From contig NW_026515638.1 of the NCBI RefSeq assembly GCF_000738915.1, positions 394,882 to 458,881 of the forward strand: a DNA stretch of 64,000 nt, written 5' to 3'. Below, piece after piece: positions 52,406 through 63,024 of this stretch. The position numbers were made by a program, and so were the translations under genes. The stretch is from Nematocida ausubeli (taxonomy: Eukaryota). How positions within the stretch are numbered: position 1 is the first letter of the stretch; each line of letters opens with the position of its first letter. Under the pieces are notes generated by a model that saw only the letters and a program-made list of their open reading frames with translations, did not search any database and was not told the DNA's origin.

Positions 52406-54616
52406 TTAGTGGATTAGATCGATCAATAAAGACTTTATTTCCTCTGACTTGCAGAACACTTTGATAGTGGCCTTTGCTGCAGATCCCTTCTCTTTTACAA
52501 CGGCCTTCACTAGCACGGGCTCCTTGGTATACATAAAAATACCGCCCCACTCCAGAGTATTGTCACTTTCAGCCACCTCCATTTTAAATATATTCTTCAG
52601 CTCTTTGATTACCTCATCCTTATCCATTCCAAATCTATATTCTTTCACCAGCGGAGAAGTATCTATCTCTTCTTCTGGAATGTCCAGCCCTGGTGCAATA
52701 AAGTCTGTCACAGATATCTCAAAGGGGTTTAGTCTAACCTCACCCACTTCATAGTCTCTACTGTCATACACAGAATACCCAAATGTGCTGGCTATTTCTG
52801 CACCGCACAGATCCTTATAGTCGTCGATTGGGATCTTTATATCAATTTCTGTTGATTCCCTTCCTCGGAGGTATATCATCTCTTCGTTGATGCACTTGTT
52901 CTCTAGGAACACCCTTAGCCGCCCTTCCTCTAAAACTAGGTCAATTTTGCTTGCTATTCTGTATTGGAGAACAATAAACTCTGGGAATATATTTTTAACA
53001 ACAGATATTCCAAACTCGCTTTCGCTTCTATTAAGCTCTATGCGGTTGGATGCCTGCAGCTGCACAGAGTTAAATTTAGACTCCAGCTGGCTTTCTTCCC
53101 GCTTTTTAATGAATATCTCTGCATCGCCTTCTAATTTGTCAATTACCATCTGGGTAAGCTCGCTTTTCTCTTTTAGGACTTCAGTGCTGCAGCCTTCTGA
53201 GAACAGAATGTGCATGGGGTTGCTTTTATCTGCCACTGCAAGAGATAGATTCACAGCAGGCTGTACATTCTCCCCATCCAGTATGGTTCGGTTCAGTAGA
53301 GACACCATGTGGTCTGAGGTTTTTGTTTCAACCAGAGACCCAAGTATTTCCACAGTTACCCTTGGATGCACTGAGTCTTCAATGTAGCTTGAAAGTATCT
53401 GCTCAAGAGACCTTTTAAGCTCTTTGTCTTCTGTCATCTTCTGCACTTTTGAGATGTTATGGATAATCTTGACTTTGTAGTTGCAGGAGCCTGATGCATT
53501 CAGCGCCTTCTTAAAAAGCTCGTCCCAAGAGGTGCCTTTAAACCTGTCGCACATTCCTGTAACAGACTCAACAATGGATATCTTCTGAACCTCTCCCAGC
53601 TCAGACAGCAGCGTAGGCAGCGACTTGGCAATCTTATTCGCAGTTTTCTCGCTTCCTATTTTGAGAAGAATTCCCATGGCAAGAAGTGCAATAGTGCCAT
53701 TGTCAGTGAGCATCCCTTCTATAATCTCTGTCAAAGGAAGAAGCTTCTGTTTATATTGCACGCACATCATATCTATTGTTCTCAAGGCTGCAATCTTCAC
53801 TACGACTCTGTTTGACTGCAGTAGCTTCTTAAGCCCTTTTACACATCGGTCTAGAAGACTAACAGCACTGGGGAGCATATGGATGTGCCTCATGGCTTCA
53901 ATGAAGGAAGACGGGTCTGTCTCATCCAAAGACAGATACTGCACAAATATCTTGGCGGCTGTTGGGTTTTCTAGATGCTTGGAAAGATATCTAATAATTT
54001 GCACAGACGTAATGCCCTTGGCAGAGACGTTCTTCAAAATATTAATTACCTCTCTGCTATCCTGCGGCCGTATTCTATTAATAAATACAACTGCATTCCC
54101 AAGTGGCCCTGTTGTTTTCAGCCCCTGCAGCCACCCGCACCCGCTGAACCACTCAGCAAGCGATGGGTTGGAAAGAAATAGAAGAACTGGAACAATCATG
54201 TTTAGAGTGTCATATTCTGTTTCAATAAGGGACTGCTGCACGTACTTAGAGCAGTCTTCTAGCATCTGCTCTGGGGTTATCTGCAGAAGCAGTTTCAGAG
54301 CCTCTGCGCGCAGACCATCTTTCTTTGCTATGTTGTTAATCAAGGCATTTATGGCCACAAAAGCACCCGAGGAAAGATCTGCAACGCTCCTAATAAAAGC
54401 ATATGAGATGGTCTTTAGATAGAGGTCTTTGTTGTGGAAAGAGTGCAGCAGCCTAGATATAACTGCGTCTATTTCAAGCTCTGTAAATTCGCTTCGGCCT
54501 ATTTCCTTCAGAACATTCACCAAAGCGCTAGTGCATTTTCTTGTGATGATGACACGTTCCGTGAATGCACTCATTTCACTTATTGCCTTTTCCTTACTTT
54601 GTCTGTCAATTCGCAT
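52406..54616 (-). CDS. SEC21: Coatomer subunit gamma (COPI)
   Basis: AF....I..RKC...L N-terminus, AALRT, A.LA...LLK.G.E, YIEDS.HP, and appendage region L..SESEF.I.VVK.IF. Confidence 0.85.
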   Translation of the reverse strand: MRIDRQSKEKAISEMSAFTERVIITRKCTSALVNVLKEIGRSEFTELEIDAVISRLLHSFHNKDLYLKTISYAFIRSVADLSSGAFVAINALINNIAKKDGLRAEALKLLLQITPEQMLEDCSKYVQQSLIETEYDTLNMIVPVLLFLSNPSLAEWFSGCGWLQGLKTTGPLGNAVVFINRIRPQDSREVINILKNVSAKGITSVQIIRYLSKHLENPTAAKIFVQYLSLDETDPSSFIEAMRHIHMLPSAVSLLDRCVKGLKKLLQSNRVVVKIAALRTIDMMCVQYKQKLLPLTEIIEGMLTDNGTIALLAMGILLKIGSEKTANKIAKSLPTLLSELGEVQKISIVESVTGMCDRFKGTSWDELFKKALNASGSCNYKVKIIHNISKVQKMTEDKELKRSLEQILSSYIEDSVHPRVTVEILGSLVETKTSDHMVSLLNRTILDGENVQPAVNLSLAVADKSNPMHILFSEGCSTEVLKEKSELTQMVIDKLEGDAEIFIKKREESQLESKFNSVQLQASNRIELNRSESEFGISVVKNIFPEFIVLQYRIASKIDLVLEEGRLRVFLENKCINEEMIYLRGRESTEIDIKIPIDDYKDLCGAEIASTFGYSVYDSRDYEVGEVRLNPFEISVTDFIAPGLDIPEEEIDTSPLVKEYRFGMDKDEVIKELKNIFKMEVAESDNTLEWGGIFMYTKEPVLVKAVVKEKGSAAKATIKVFCKSEEIKSLLIDLIH

Positions 54617-54935
54617 CCTGTAATTACAATAAATAATTATAATAATAAAAATAGCAATTTATATATCTAGGCACTGTCAATATAAACGAACTTAGTACAA
54701 ATATAATTACTGGAATTTATCTGGGAGTGGCTGTTACAGCTTGTTTTAGCACAAAAACATGTGCAGTTTTGCAGTTGGTGATTAGTTTGCATATGCACAT
54801 TCACTGTGTAAGGTGCAATTTAGAGTAATCGAGTGGCGACAATAAGCAAAACTGACATATCTGTCATTGTATAATGCTATGGCATGCGTTGCCCGTGCAC
54901 TGTCAAATATAAATCAGATTAACAATATAGATTTA

Positions 54936-57900
54936 TTACAAATCAAGAGAAGGAGTCTTGTCTGATAGGTCCTCCTGATCGTTCTTTATCTGCTGGTGGC
55001 GGATAAGTGCTTCTGCTCTGCGGAGAAGAACCTCCTCACTTACCCCCAGTGTTTCGCAAACCTCCTTGGTGAGGCCCTCTGCAAGCAGCGACTGGATCAT
55101 TAGCGTGTCTTTCTCCTTGCCCCATCCCCTTGGAAGACCTGTTGTTTTTCGCAACACGGGGAGAGGCCCTGCACTGATAAGCTCAAGCCTGTCAAAAAGA
55201 TTGATCTTATTGGTAAGCACCTTGGCTAGCTCTGCATCAAACCCACTGCGTCTGCTCTGCCGCCTTTTCATGTTTTCCTCTATCATGCCAATCATATTTG
55301 TCATTTCTGTTATGATATTCCTGCCTTTGTACATTTTCACAATGCTCTCTCGGTTTTTCTGGGTTGGTCTTCCGAAGAGCTCTATGGCAGCAGACACACT
55401 TTCTCTTTCCTCATCATTGTCTTCTTTTTTGTTAATAACAAGAAGTATCTTCCGTATTCGGGAGTTAAGCTCGTCCTTTGACCTTCCCTTGTACAGCGCG
55501 ATCTCTTTCCCCTTTTCGCTCTTCACCAAGCCCACTCTTGTTTTTTCGTCAACCTGTATGTTGTACACCCCGTAGCCAAACGCGCGGACCTGGCCTACCA
55601 GCAGATTATCGTCTTCAATCGCCCAGTTCTTCCACTCGATCTCGGTTGCACCTTTAAAGTCCTCGTATGGCTCAAGAAGCTCAATCATCTGGCATCTGAA
55701 GAGAAGTCTTTGCGGATCTACTTCTTCTGGAAGTGCAATCGTCTTATCGTCATTGTCGCTGTCATCCTTCTGGAGCGCCCACTCTAAAGACATGCTCAGG
55801 TCGTCCTTAATTCCCTGCTCTGCAATTGCTCTAAGCGCGCGCCGGATGCTCTTTGCAACTTGCCCCTTTGTCAGCCCCTGGGCTTTTGTTCCCCGCAGCT
55901 CTACTAGCAGATCTGAGAATCTTTCTTTCTCCAGCACAGTGGCTTTGTCGTTTGCATCCGAAGCGTCAAGAGATTCCTTTAGTTGCTTAATTGCTTCCTC
56001 CCTCTTAGGCAGCTCCTCTTCTGAGAGAAGGCCTGCACGCGCCATCTTTCTGAGAATACGCCGGAGCCGGCTTTCAGCGTCTGCAGCTCGTCTCTTTATA
56101 AGAAGATTCTCCCAAAAGTCTGGGTCATCTATCTCTTCTGTCACCTGGAATGAAGCCTTGCTGAACACATTTCCTTTTTGGTCCTCGTGCCGGACTACGC
56201 TGGTACGCCCTTCAAGTATCTTGTCAATGTCTTCCTCACAGAATTTCTGATTGACATCATCTGCCTCCATAAGAACACCGTATGCACCCTTCTTAAGCAG
56301 AGACTCAACTCTTCCCTTCCTGTTGTGCGCAGACTCTCTGTCCTTGTCCTTGTGAAGAATTGCCCTGTCCAAACCAAGCTTCAAGCTAGCTCTGTCAAAC
56401 ATCTCTCTTTCGTATGTGTTGCGGGTCACCAGTCTGTATATCTTAACTTCAGCTGTTTGTCCTATTCTGTGACATCTGGCCTGCGCTTGCAGATCGTTCT
56501 GGGGGTTCCAGTCACTGTCAAATATGATAACTGTGTCTGCTGCGGTCAGGTTTATACCCACACCTCCTGCACGCGTGCACAGCAGGAAAACAAAGGAGTT
56601 CTCATCCGTGCTGAATCTGTCAATTGACGCCTGTCTTACATCTCCTCGCACTGTTCCATCAATTCGCTCGTATAAGTATCCCTTGTACTGCAGGTACTCA
56701 GCAATTAGATCCAGGCACTTTGTCATCTGCGAAAACACAAGCACCTTGTGGCTCTTATGCAGCTTTGCAAGCAGCTTGTCCAGGAAAACAAGCTTTCCAC
56801 TGCTCTGTATAAGAATCCGGTAGTATTCATCGCGATCTCCAGATTCGTGGTTTATATCCTGTCCGTTTTCCATGAGAATCTGCTCCTCTGCGCCCGAGAT
56901 TAGATAAGGATGAATGCAGCACTTTCTTAGCTCCATCATTATGTTTAGCAGGTTTGGTGTTGAAGACCCTGCTGCGCCCAGGAATTCCATATTTTTCTCA
57001 AGTATTGCTCTGTAGAACCTCTTCTGAATCATTGTGAGCTCCACCTCCACAATGGTCTCCTCCTTTACCGGAATAGTTTCCACATCGTCCTTCATACGAC
57101 GCAGCATCAGCGGCTTCAGTAGCAGCTGGATCCTTTCCACATCGTCTGCCTCTTCCATCTTGTATGCGTCAAGGAAGTATTTTAGGGAAGGGAACTTCTC
57201 CTCATCAATGAAGTTCAGAAGTGACCAAAGCTCTGAAAGGTTGTTCTGCAGCGGCGTACCAGATAGAAGGACCTTGTGGTCCACCTCTATTGACCGGAGG
57301 GTCTGCGCTGCCTTGCTTCTGCTGTTCTTTAGTCTATGCGCCTCGTCCAGAACACTCACTCCAAAGGATACAGAAGAAAGATGGTCTACGCCTGCAATGG
57401 CCATCTCGTACGTTGTCAAAATAACATCAAACAGAAGTTGCCCTGTTGCAGTTCTGAACTCAAAGTCCTGCATTATTTCCCTTGCTGGCTGCGATCCGTG
57501 ATACACTAGCACGCGCAGATCAGTCCAGGCAGCAAACTCTCTCTCCCAGTGTGGAATGGTAGAAAGAGGCGCAACCACAAGCGCTGGCCTTTTCATTCCG
57601 CACTTGCTCATAATTGTGTCCACAAATGCCACGCTCTGCACGGTCTTTCCCAATCCCATTTCATCGGCCAGTATGCAGCTCTGTCGGAACAGCCACTTAT
57701 TGACCAGCCAGGACACTCCTTCCTTTTGGTATGCTCTTAGCTCTCTTCCGCCCTTAAAGACAAAGGATTCAGGAACTCGGTCCCTAGACGGCCTCCACCC
57801 AATTGGCGTGGTTCCTGTATAGATCTTTTCCCTTCTCCGAATAAAGTCGCCGTGGGCCTGCTCAAAGCCCTCGCAGTCAGATAGATGCTCGTAGTACTCA

Positions 57901-58955
57901 AAGGTTGAGGACTCATACGGGAACTTCCTCCACTTGGTCAGATATATTTTTCTTGACGTGTTCTCGTCAATATATTCCTCTTCCTCCGCAATAATTCTCT
58001 CTACTGTGACAAGCTCAGAGTCAAACAGGTCTGCGTCTTCCTCGTGCACCACAGGGGCCTTGAGAAATCTCCGCACTCGCATTTCCCCTGTCTTTGTCTC
58101 AACAAGCGTGTCGTACGGAACCCATTCGCAGTGCAGGTACGACTTTCCTCTGTACTTGACATAGAATGTGTTCTCAGGCTTGTTATATGAAAGTATCTTC
58201 TCCACGTTGTCCTCCTCAATCATTGTATCCTCAGCCATGTCATCGTCATCCTCATAGTCCTCATCGTTATCTTCCTCATCATTATCATTGACAGGGGTCG
58301 ACTTGATAACAGCTGCAGATCTTCTTCTGGGCTTTCTAACTACATCGCCTCCAATGTCGCTGTACCTGCTGTCTGGGCTTTCATGCTTTTCAGCGCCTCT
58401 CTCCATGTGTTTCTCCGCATTCTTTGGCTTTCCTGCAATTTTGTTCATAAGCACAAGATTGTTCAAATACATCTGGTACTGTATGGTGCTTGCCAGGCCC
58501 TTGTTCACATACTGGTAGTTGTGTATCTTCTCCTGGAGGTTTGCACTCTCGCTGTCCTCTGCGTTCAGCAGAGTTAGTGGCACGTGTATCTTTGGGTTTA
58601 GAAAGGGGCTCAGAGGCAGCATAATTCTTCCTCCTTGTATTGGGTCCTGCAGCTCCACTTTTTCCTTCTGGGGATGCCTCTCAGATTGTGTCAAAGGCGT
58701 TTCCAAGCATGTGTCTACCTCCTCCTCCAGACCCTTGAGCACCTCCTGCACTGTTTCCAAGTGACCTGAGGCATTCAATCTTTTATTGTCAAACGTATCG
58801 ATTGATGTCTTTCTGGGCCTGCCTCTACCTGTCTTTTGCTTTTTCACCAGGTCCTCGCTCTCTTCCAAGGTGTTATCCGTGTCAAATCCTGAGCTGTCAG
58901 ATGTATCTAAAAAATCTGTAGAGTTATCGCTTCTGGAATCTTCTTCTTTATGCAT
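54936..58955 (-). CDS. Chromodomain-helicase DNA-binding protein, CHD6-9/Kismet-like
   Basis: Tandem chromodomains (FYVKY..KSYLHCEW; YLTKW...PY...T.E), ILADEMGLGKT, DEAH and DSDWNPQNDLQAQARCHRIGQ. Post-helicase LLKKGAYG, FCEEDID.IL and DDPDFW. Confidence 0.92.
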   Translation of the reverse strand: MHKEEDSRSDNSTDFLDTSDSSGFDTDNTLEESEDLVKKQKTGRGRPRKTSIDTFDNKRLNASGHLETVQEVLKGLEEEVDTCLETPLTQSERHPQKEKVELQDPIQGGRIMLPLSPFLNPKIHVPLTLLNAEDSESANLQEKIHNYQYVNKGLASTIQYQMYLNNLVLMNKIAGKPKNAEKHMERGAEKHESPDSRYSDIGGDVVRKPRRRSAAVIKSTPVNDNDEEDNDEDYEDDDDMAEDTMIEEDNVEKILSYNKPENTFYVKYRGKSYLHCEWVPYDTLVETKTGEMRVRRFLKAPVVHEEDADLFDSELVTVERIIAEEEEYIDENTSRKIYLTKWRKFPYESSTFEYYEHLSDCEGFEQAHGDFIRRREKIYTGTTPIGWRPSRDRVPESFVFKGGRELRAYQKEGVSWLVNKWLFRQSCILADEMGLGKTVQSVAFVDTIMSKCGMKRPALVVAPLSTIPHWEREFAAWTDLRVLVYHGSQPAREIMQDFEFRTATGQLLFDVILTTYEMAIAGVDHLSSVSFGVSVLDEAHRLKNSRSKAAQTLRSIEVDHKVLLSGTPLQNNLSELWSLLNFIDEEKFPSLKYFLDAYKMEEADDVERIQLLLKPLMLRRMKDDVETIPVKEETIVEVELTMIQKRFYRAILEKNMEFLGAAGSSTPNLLNIMMELRKCCIHPYLISGAEEQILMENGQDINHESGDRDEYYRILIQSSGKLVFLDKLLAKLHKSHKVLVFSQMTKCLDLIAEYLQYKGYLYERIDGTVRGDVRQASIDRFSTDENSFVFLLCTRAGGVGINLTAADTVIIFDSDWNPQNDLQAQARCHRIGQTAEVKIYRLVTRNTYEREMFDRASLKLGLDRAILHKDKDRESAHNRKGRVESLLKKGAYGVLMEADDVNQKFCEEDIDKILEGRTSVVRHEDQKGNVFSKASFQVTEEIDDPDFWENLLIKRRAADAESRLRRILRKMARAGLLSEEELPKREEAIKQLKESLDASDANDKATVLEKERFSDLLVELRGTKAQGLTKGQVAKSIRRALRAIAEQGIKDDLSMSLEWALQKDDSDNDDKTIALPEEVDPQRLLFRCQMIELLEPYEDFKGATEIEWKNWAIEDDNLLVGQVRAFGYGVYNIQVDEKTRVGLVKSEKGKEIALYKGRSKDELNSRIRKILLVINKKEDNDEERESVSAAIELFGRPTQKNRESIVKMYKGRNIITEMTNMIGMIEENMKRRQSRRSGFDAELAKVLTNKINLFDRLELISAGPLPVLRKTTGLPRGWGKEKDTLMIQSLLAEGLTKEVCETLGVSEEVLLRRAEALIRHQQIKNDQEDLSDKTPSLDL

Positions 58956-58993
58956 GGTAATATGAAAATTAGCAAAAATAAATAATTGCGCGA

Positions 58994-59473
58994 ATGGAGA
59001 TTAAGTTCGACTTCGACAACTGGATAAGAAACACACTTGGTCTGGTGGAGATAGACAGAACGAAAAGACAGGAAAATGCGATAGTATGCAAGCACTGGCT
59101 GCGAGGCCTCTGCAAGAAGGGTGATGTGTGCGAGTTTCTCCATGTGTACGCGCTGGATAAAATGCCAGAGTGCTGGTTCTTCTCAAAGTATGGGGAGTGC
59201 AGCAATCAAGACTGCCTGTTCCTGCACATAGACCCAAATAGCAAGAGCAAGGAGTGCATCTGGTACACAAGGGGATTCTGCCGGCACGGGAATAGCTGCA
59301 GAAACAAGCACTACAAGAAAAGAATGTGTTTTAACTATGAAGCAGGATTCTGCCCGCTTGGAAAGAAGTGTCCATACGGCCATCCAAAGTTTGAAACAAT
59401 TGGCGCAGACTATCAGAGAACAGAGCAGCAGTACTCTGTTATTTCAAAGCCATCGACCCTTCTTGGGAACTAA
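58994..59473 (+). CDS. YTH1: CPSF30/Yth1 CCCH zinc-finger polyadenylation factor
   Basis: VCKHWLRGLCKKGD.CEFLH, MPECWFFSKYGECSN..C.FLH and further CCCH fingers. Confidence 0.95.
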   Translation: MEIKFDFDNWIRNTLGLVEIDRTKRQENAIVCKHWLRGLCKKGDVCEFLHVYALDKMPECWFFSKYGECSNQDCLFLHIDPNSKSKECIWYTRGFCRHGNSCRNKHYKKRMCFNYEAGFCPLGKKCPYGHPKFETIGADYQRTEQQYSVISKPSTLLGN

Positions 59474-59789
59474 TAAATTATTTCACTGTCAACTAAATAC
59501 TTCTAGCGCTTTGGGTTCTCTAGCTATTTTTACAAATATACGCAGTTATTTTCATAGAGACTTTAGAAAGGCTTTTAAGTACACATATGCTGTACAAATG
59601 CACTTTCTGCAGATGTGCCATTTTTAGTTAAGCGTATAAATAGAAGTGTACTGGGTACAGCTTTACATACTGCATTCTTCTGTTTGGTATTGACATTTTG
59701 GCTGCAGCTGCCTAGCTAGAGCCATATGGGTATATGCTCTGGAATGAATGTGTTACTTGGGAAATATGAAAATTAGTTATTTATTCGTA

Positions 59790-60734
59790 TTACTTTCTCT
59801 GAGTATTCTTCTGCAGAGAAGCATCTATTTTTAGCAGCTTCGCCTGGACGTCTCTCTTGTTGCGCGATGGGGCAAATCTGGATAGAGCAGAGAATATAAT
59901 ATCTATTCGGTTCTTTGTCCTAATAGGGGTTTTTGCTGCAATCTTTGTCAGGGCATCAACCTCGGTGTTCTTCCACCCATCAGAGTCAAATGTTATCTCC
60001 TGCTTTGGCTTGGCCTTGCTTTCTTTGTTTACCCTTGGGTCGTACTTTATTGCCAGAGCCACAAGGCTTCTAATTCTCTGGTTGTCTTTCATTTTTTTCT
60101 CGTCAAGCAGCTGCTTGTTCTCGGCTGCAGCCTGTCTTCGCATCTCTCTACTTTGGTAGTCTTCGTCCTTGCAAAGGAACTCAAACGCACGGATGGACTC
60201 AAAGTTCTGCCAGAATTTGTAGAATGTCACAATGTCGGCGTCCTTGGAGTCAATGTTTCCAAGTGACACAGTGTATGGCTTTGCGCTGAATACAGAATTT
60301 CTGGTAAACGCCTCGTCAAAGACGGAGAAAAATTCTTCTGTTGTGTACTCCTTGTCTGCAGGAATTGTTTCATCGAAGGCAATGAAATCATAGAGCTTCC
60401 TTTTGTGTGGGTTGCTGAGAACCTCGTGCGCCTTTGTGAGGGCAATGAAAGATGCGCCTCCATCTTCTATTTTGCATGAGAGAAGTTTGTCTGGGTGGAA
60501 CAGTTTGGCCTGTTTTCTAAATGCCACTTTGAACTTTTCTTCTGTATACATCTTCGCATCCTCCTGCGAGAACCCCATCAAATAGTACAGATCAAGAGAC
60601 TTCCAGTCCTTTATGTCCTCAATTGTGTATCTTGCGAATAAGTCTTTAGGGCTTTTCATTAACTCGACTTTCTGTGCGGGTTTTTCTTTTCGCTCGGTCA
60701 AACCAGTTGGTCCACTATAATGCGTTACTTCCAT
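59790..60734 (-). CDS. ZUO1: Zuotin / DNAJC2 ribosome-associated J-protein
   Basis: KDWK..D.Y J-domain with HPDK, followed by zuotin homology domain (F.RN..FS, LG, FY.FW.NFES.R.F, DPR). Confidence 0.9.
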   Translation of the reverse strand: MEVTHYSGPTGLTERKEKPAQKVELMKSPKDLFARYTIEDIKDWKSLDLYYLMGFSQEDAKMYTEEKFKVAFRKQAKLFHPDKLLSCKIEDGGASFIALTKAHEVLSNPHKRKLYDFIAFDETIPADKEYTTEEFFSVFDEAFTRNSVFSAKPYTVSLGNIDSKDADIVTFYKFWQNFESIRAFEFLCKDEDYQSREMRRQAAAENKQLLDEKKMKDNQRIRSLVALAIKYDPRVNKESKAKPKQEITFDSDGWKNTEVDALTKIAAKTPIRTKNRIDIIFSALSRFAPSRNKRDVQAKLLKIDASLQKNTQRK

Positions 60735-60763
60735 TAGCTTTTTATAAAATTTTTACTTTAATT

Positions 60764-61204
60764 ATGCCTGGTGAGCCCGACATGCACTCGCTTAGCACAG
60801 ACTCTGATGAAAGCAATGACCACGGAAACATCTACTACGAGCCGTACGACGAGAAGCTTGTTGAGTGGTTTGTGGATCTGCTGAAGACACATCAGATGCT
60901 GAAGGAAGCACGCCAAGTTATACTGGACAGGCACTTTGGGGAGCTGGGTATTTCAGCGAACTTGGAGGAGCAGGAGAAGCTTCTTCTAATACACGAGTAC
61001 ATAAACAAGGAGCTGGTCTATCCGCCTGTGTTTTTAGGGTCCACTCTTGGGTTCAACAAAAACAACTGGAACAAGAACATTGAAAGGATGCTGGAGCCGT
61101 ATGGCATTCGGCAGAAGCCTGTTTTCTGTACAAAAGACACTTGCTATCTCTTTGAAAGAATGAAGTATCTCATGCTTAAGTATATGGAGAAGATCCGAAA
61201 ATAG
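60764..61204 (+). CDS. Hypothetical protein (146 aa)
   Basis: ATG at 60764 (MPGEPD), 29 bp from the ZUO1 start. Coding-like composition. Confidence 0.7.
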   Translation: MPGEPDMHSLSTDSDESNDHGNIYYEPYDEKLVEWFVDLLKTHQMLKEARQVILDRHFGELGISANLEEQEKLLLIHEYINKELVYPPVFLGSTLGFNKNNWNKNIERMLEPYGIRQKPVFCTKDTCYLFERMKYLMLKYMEKIRK

Positions 61205-62130
61205 AGTGTAAGCCAGCATGTCCTAGGGTTTTCTGGCCTGCTAACTTTTCAATGTCTTTGCAAAGCAGACAGAACAGCAGACCGAAACTTTGCAGCTGTA
61301 GTATTTTGAGAAGATATATGCAAAGTAATCAGATATTTACATATAGCCCAGATCTTGTAAAGCGTGTTAAAGAGCTACTTGAGGCCAGCCATGGATTATG
61401 GCCAGATAAATATAGCACTAAATATATCTGTGCTGCTTTGCTCAAGTGCTTTGTATGGTAGACTTAAAGAATTGTATGCTCTAAATAAGGATAAGTAAAG
61501 AGACATATACTTGGCTTAATAGAAAAATATCCTTCAGTTTAATAAATATATAGCCAGCCTATAGGAAGATGTATACAACAATAGCTTTACTATTTTCACC
61601 ACGCCTGCGTATACCAAATACCCCCTTATTTTACTATTGACTTTTACTAGATGAAGGCATTCTATTGCAAATGCATGTGCTAATTTAGAATGAATATGAA
61701 GCTATCTGATGGATTTTACTTAAATATCATGGGTCTAAATTACTTCTAAAAGTGGGAAGTACTGCAGCAATTCAATATATTTGCCTAGATGGATGAAAAT
61801 CGAGTCTTAGTTTGATATCTTGGAAGCATCCGCATATTCACTTAATGCACTCAATAAGTAAGAATAAATTAGCTAAGGCAATATTTATTTAAATTCCAGA
61901 CTTAGCCTGAATAATAAGATATTGTCGCTGCGCTTAGTAGTAAAGAAAAATAAAATACTTCTTTAAATAAAAGCGCGCATCTGCGGAATATGCAGACTCT
62001 GGCCATAAATCCACCCAGTGGAATATAGCCATTTCAGTGCATTTTTCAGATGCATTGCACTACTTTGATGTAGTATTGAAACAAAGATCATTTGATTCTG
62101 AGGTGTTCATTCAATAGTTGCTCTTCCTGC

Positions 62131-62988
62131 TTAGGCTACTAACTGATTCATTGCAGTGGGCTCAATTACCTTTCCAAAGAAAATACTCCATTTATTGCTG
62201 AGATTATTCATTTGACTAATGATGTGTAGCCTAAATATTCTATTTTTAAACTCCTTCGACTTATTTGGTGAAATATCTGGGAGAGTCCTGAATAGCTCCA
62301 GATACAAAAGGTGGCCTTCTAACTCACCTATTCTCTTTAGCATTTCATATCTCTCAATCTCTTCCTTTACTTTGTCAGTAGTAAGATGATTTACTGCTAA
62401 ATGCAGATTTCTTATTGTTTCTAAATATTCAGCCCATGAGCTGTTTGATATATCCTGGGCCTCAAGTTTTCTAGTAATCAGGCTAATTGTTTTATTGACT
62501 TCCTCCAAATGCAAAAACTCCTTTGTCTGCTTTTTTCGTATAACATTCATCACAATGAACATGTACTCGTTCAGGTATGCATGTCTCATTAAATAGAACT
62601 GCTCTATCATGGCATGGTTTCTTTTTTCGTTGAGGATCCACTCCTCATACTCATTTATCTCGTGCACAAGCGTTTCTATATCCATATTCAATAAATCAGC
62701 TTCTCTCTGATGCAGCAGCTTTTCTTTTATTTTTGCAAATGATGCCATGAACAATTTATTACCTAGCAAAGAATCATTGTTTTCAGGGCTATTTTCGATT
62801 TTTATGCTCTGATAATATGACTCTGCACTCTTATATTCAAGAAGCACCCTGTGCCTTTTTGCATCCTTATAAATCTTCTCCAGCACATTCGGCTTATATA
62901 TGAGGTAGTGAAGAACAACTGCAATAACTAAAAACCCAATAATCTTGAACGTTTCCATGCTTACCCCTTCAATGGAGATCCCATCCAT
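62131..62988 (-). CDS. Hypothetical protein with N-terminal TM helix (~285 aa)
   Basis: First ATG at 62988 (MDGISIEG), TM IIGFLVIAVVLHYLIY, helical body. Confidence 0.7.
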   Translation of the reverse strand: MDGISIEGVSMETFKIIGFLVIAVVLHYLIYKPNVLEKIYKDAKRHRVLLEYKSAESYYQSIKIENSPENNDSLLGNKLFMASFAKIKEKLLHQREADLLNMDIETLVHEINEYEEWILNEKRNHAMIEQFYLMRHAYLNEYMFIVMNVIRKKQTKEFLHLEEVNKTISLITRKLEAQDISNSSWAEYLETIRNLHLAVNHLTTDKVKEEIERYEMLKRIGELEGHLLYLELFRTLPDISPNKSKEFKNRIFRLHIISQMNNLSNKWSIFFGKVIEPTAMNQLVA

Positions 62989-63024
62989 TCTTCTAATATT
63001 TTTTATTAGCTTTCTATTTGTAAA

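Noticed and set aside
14379..54913. Isolated two-copy direct repeats (14379-14407, 15934-15985, 30330-30378, 54671/54897)
   Set aside because: Short local duplications in intergenic DNA with no array structure. Not CRISPR-like and no associated element.
52449..60585. Numerous antisense ORFs of 60-265 aa over SEC21, CHD, YTH1 and ZUO1 (also over UGP1, RPL8, MSH2)
   Set aside because: Shadow frames of well-supported genes, S/F/L-rich as expected from reverse-complemented K/E codons.
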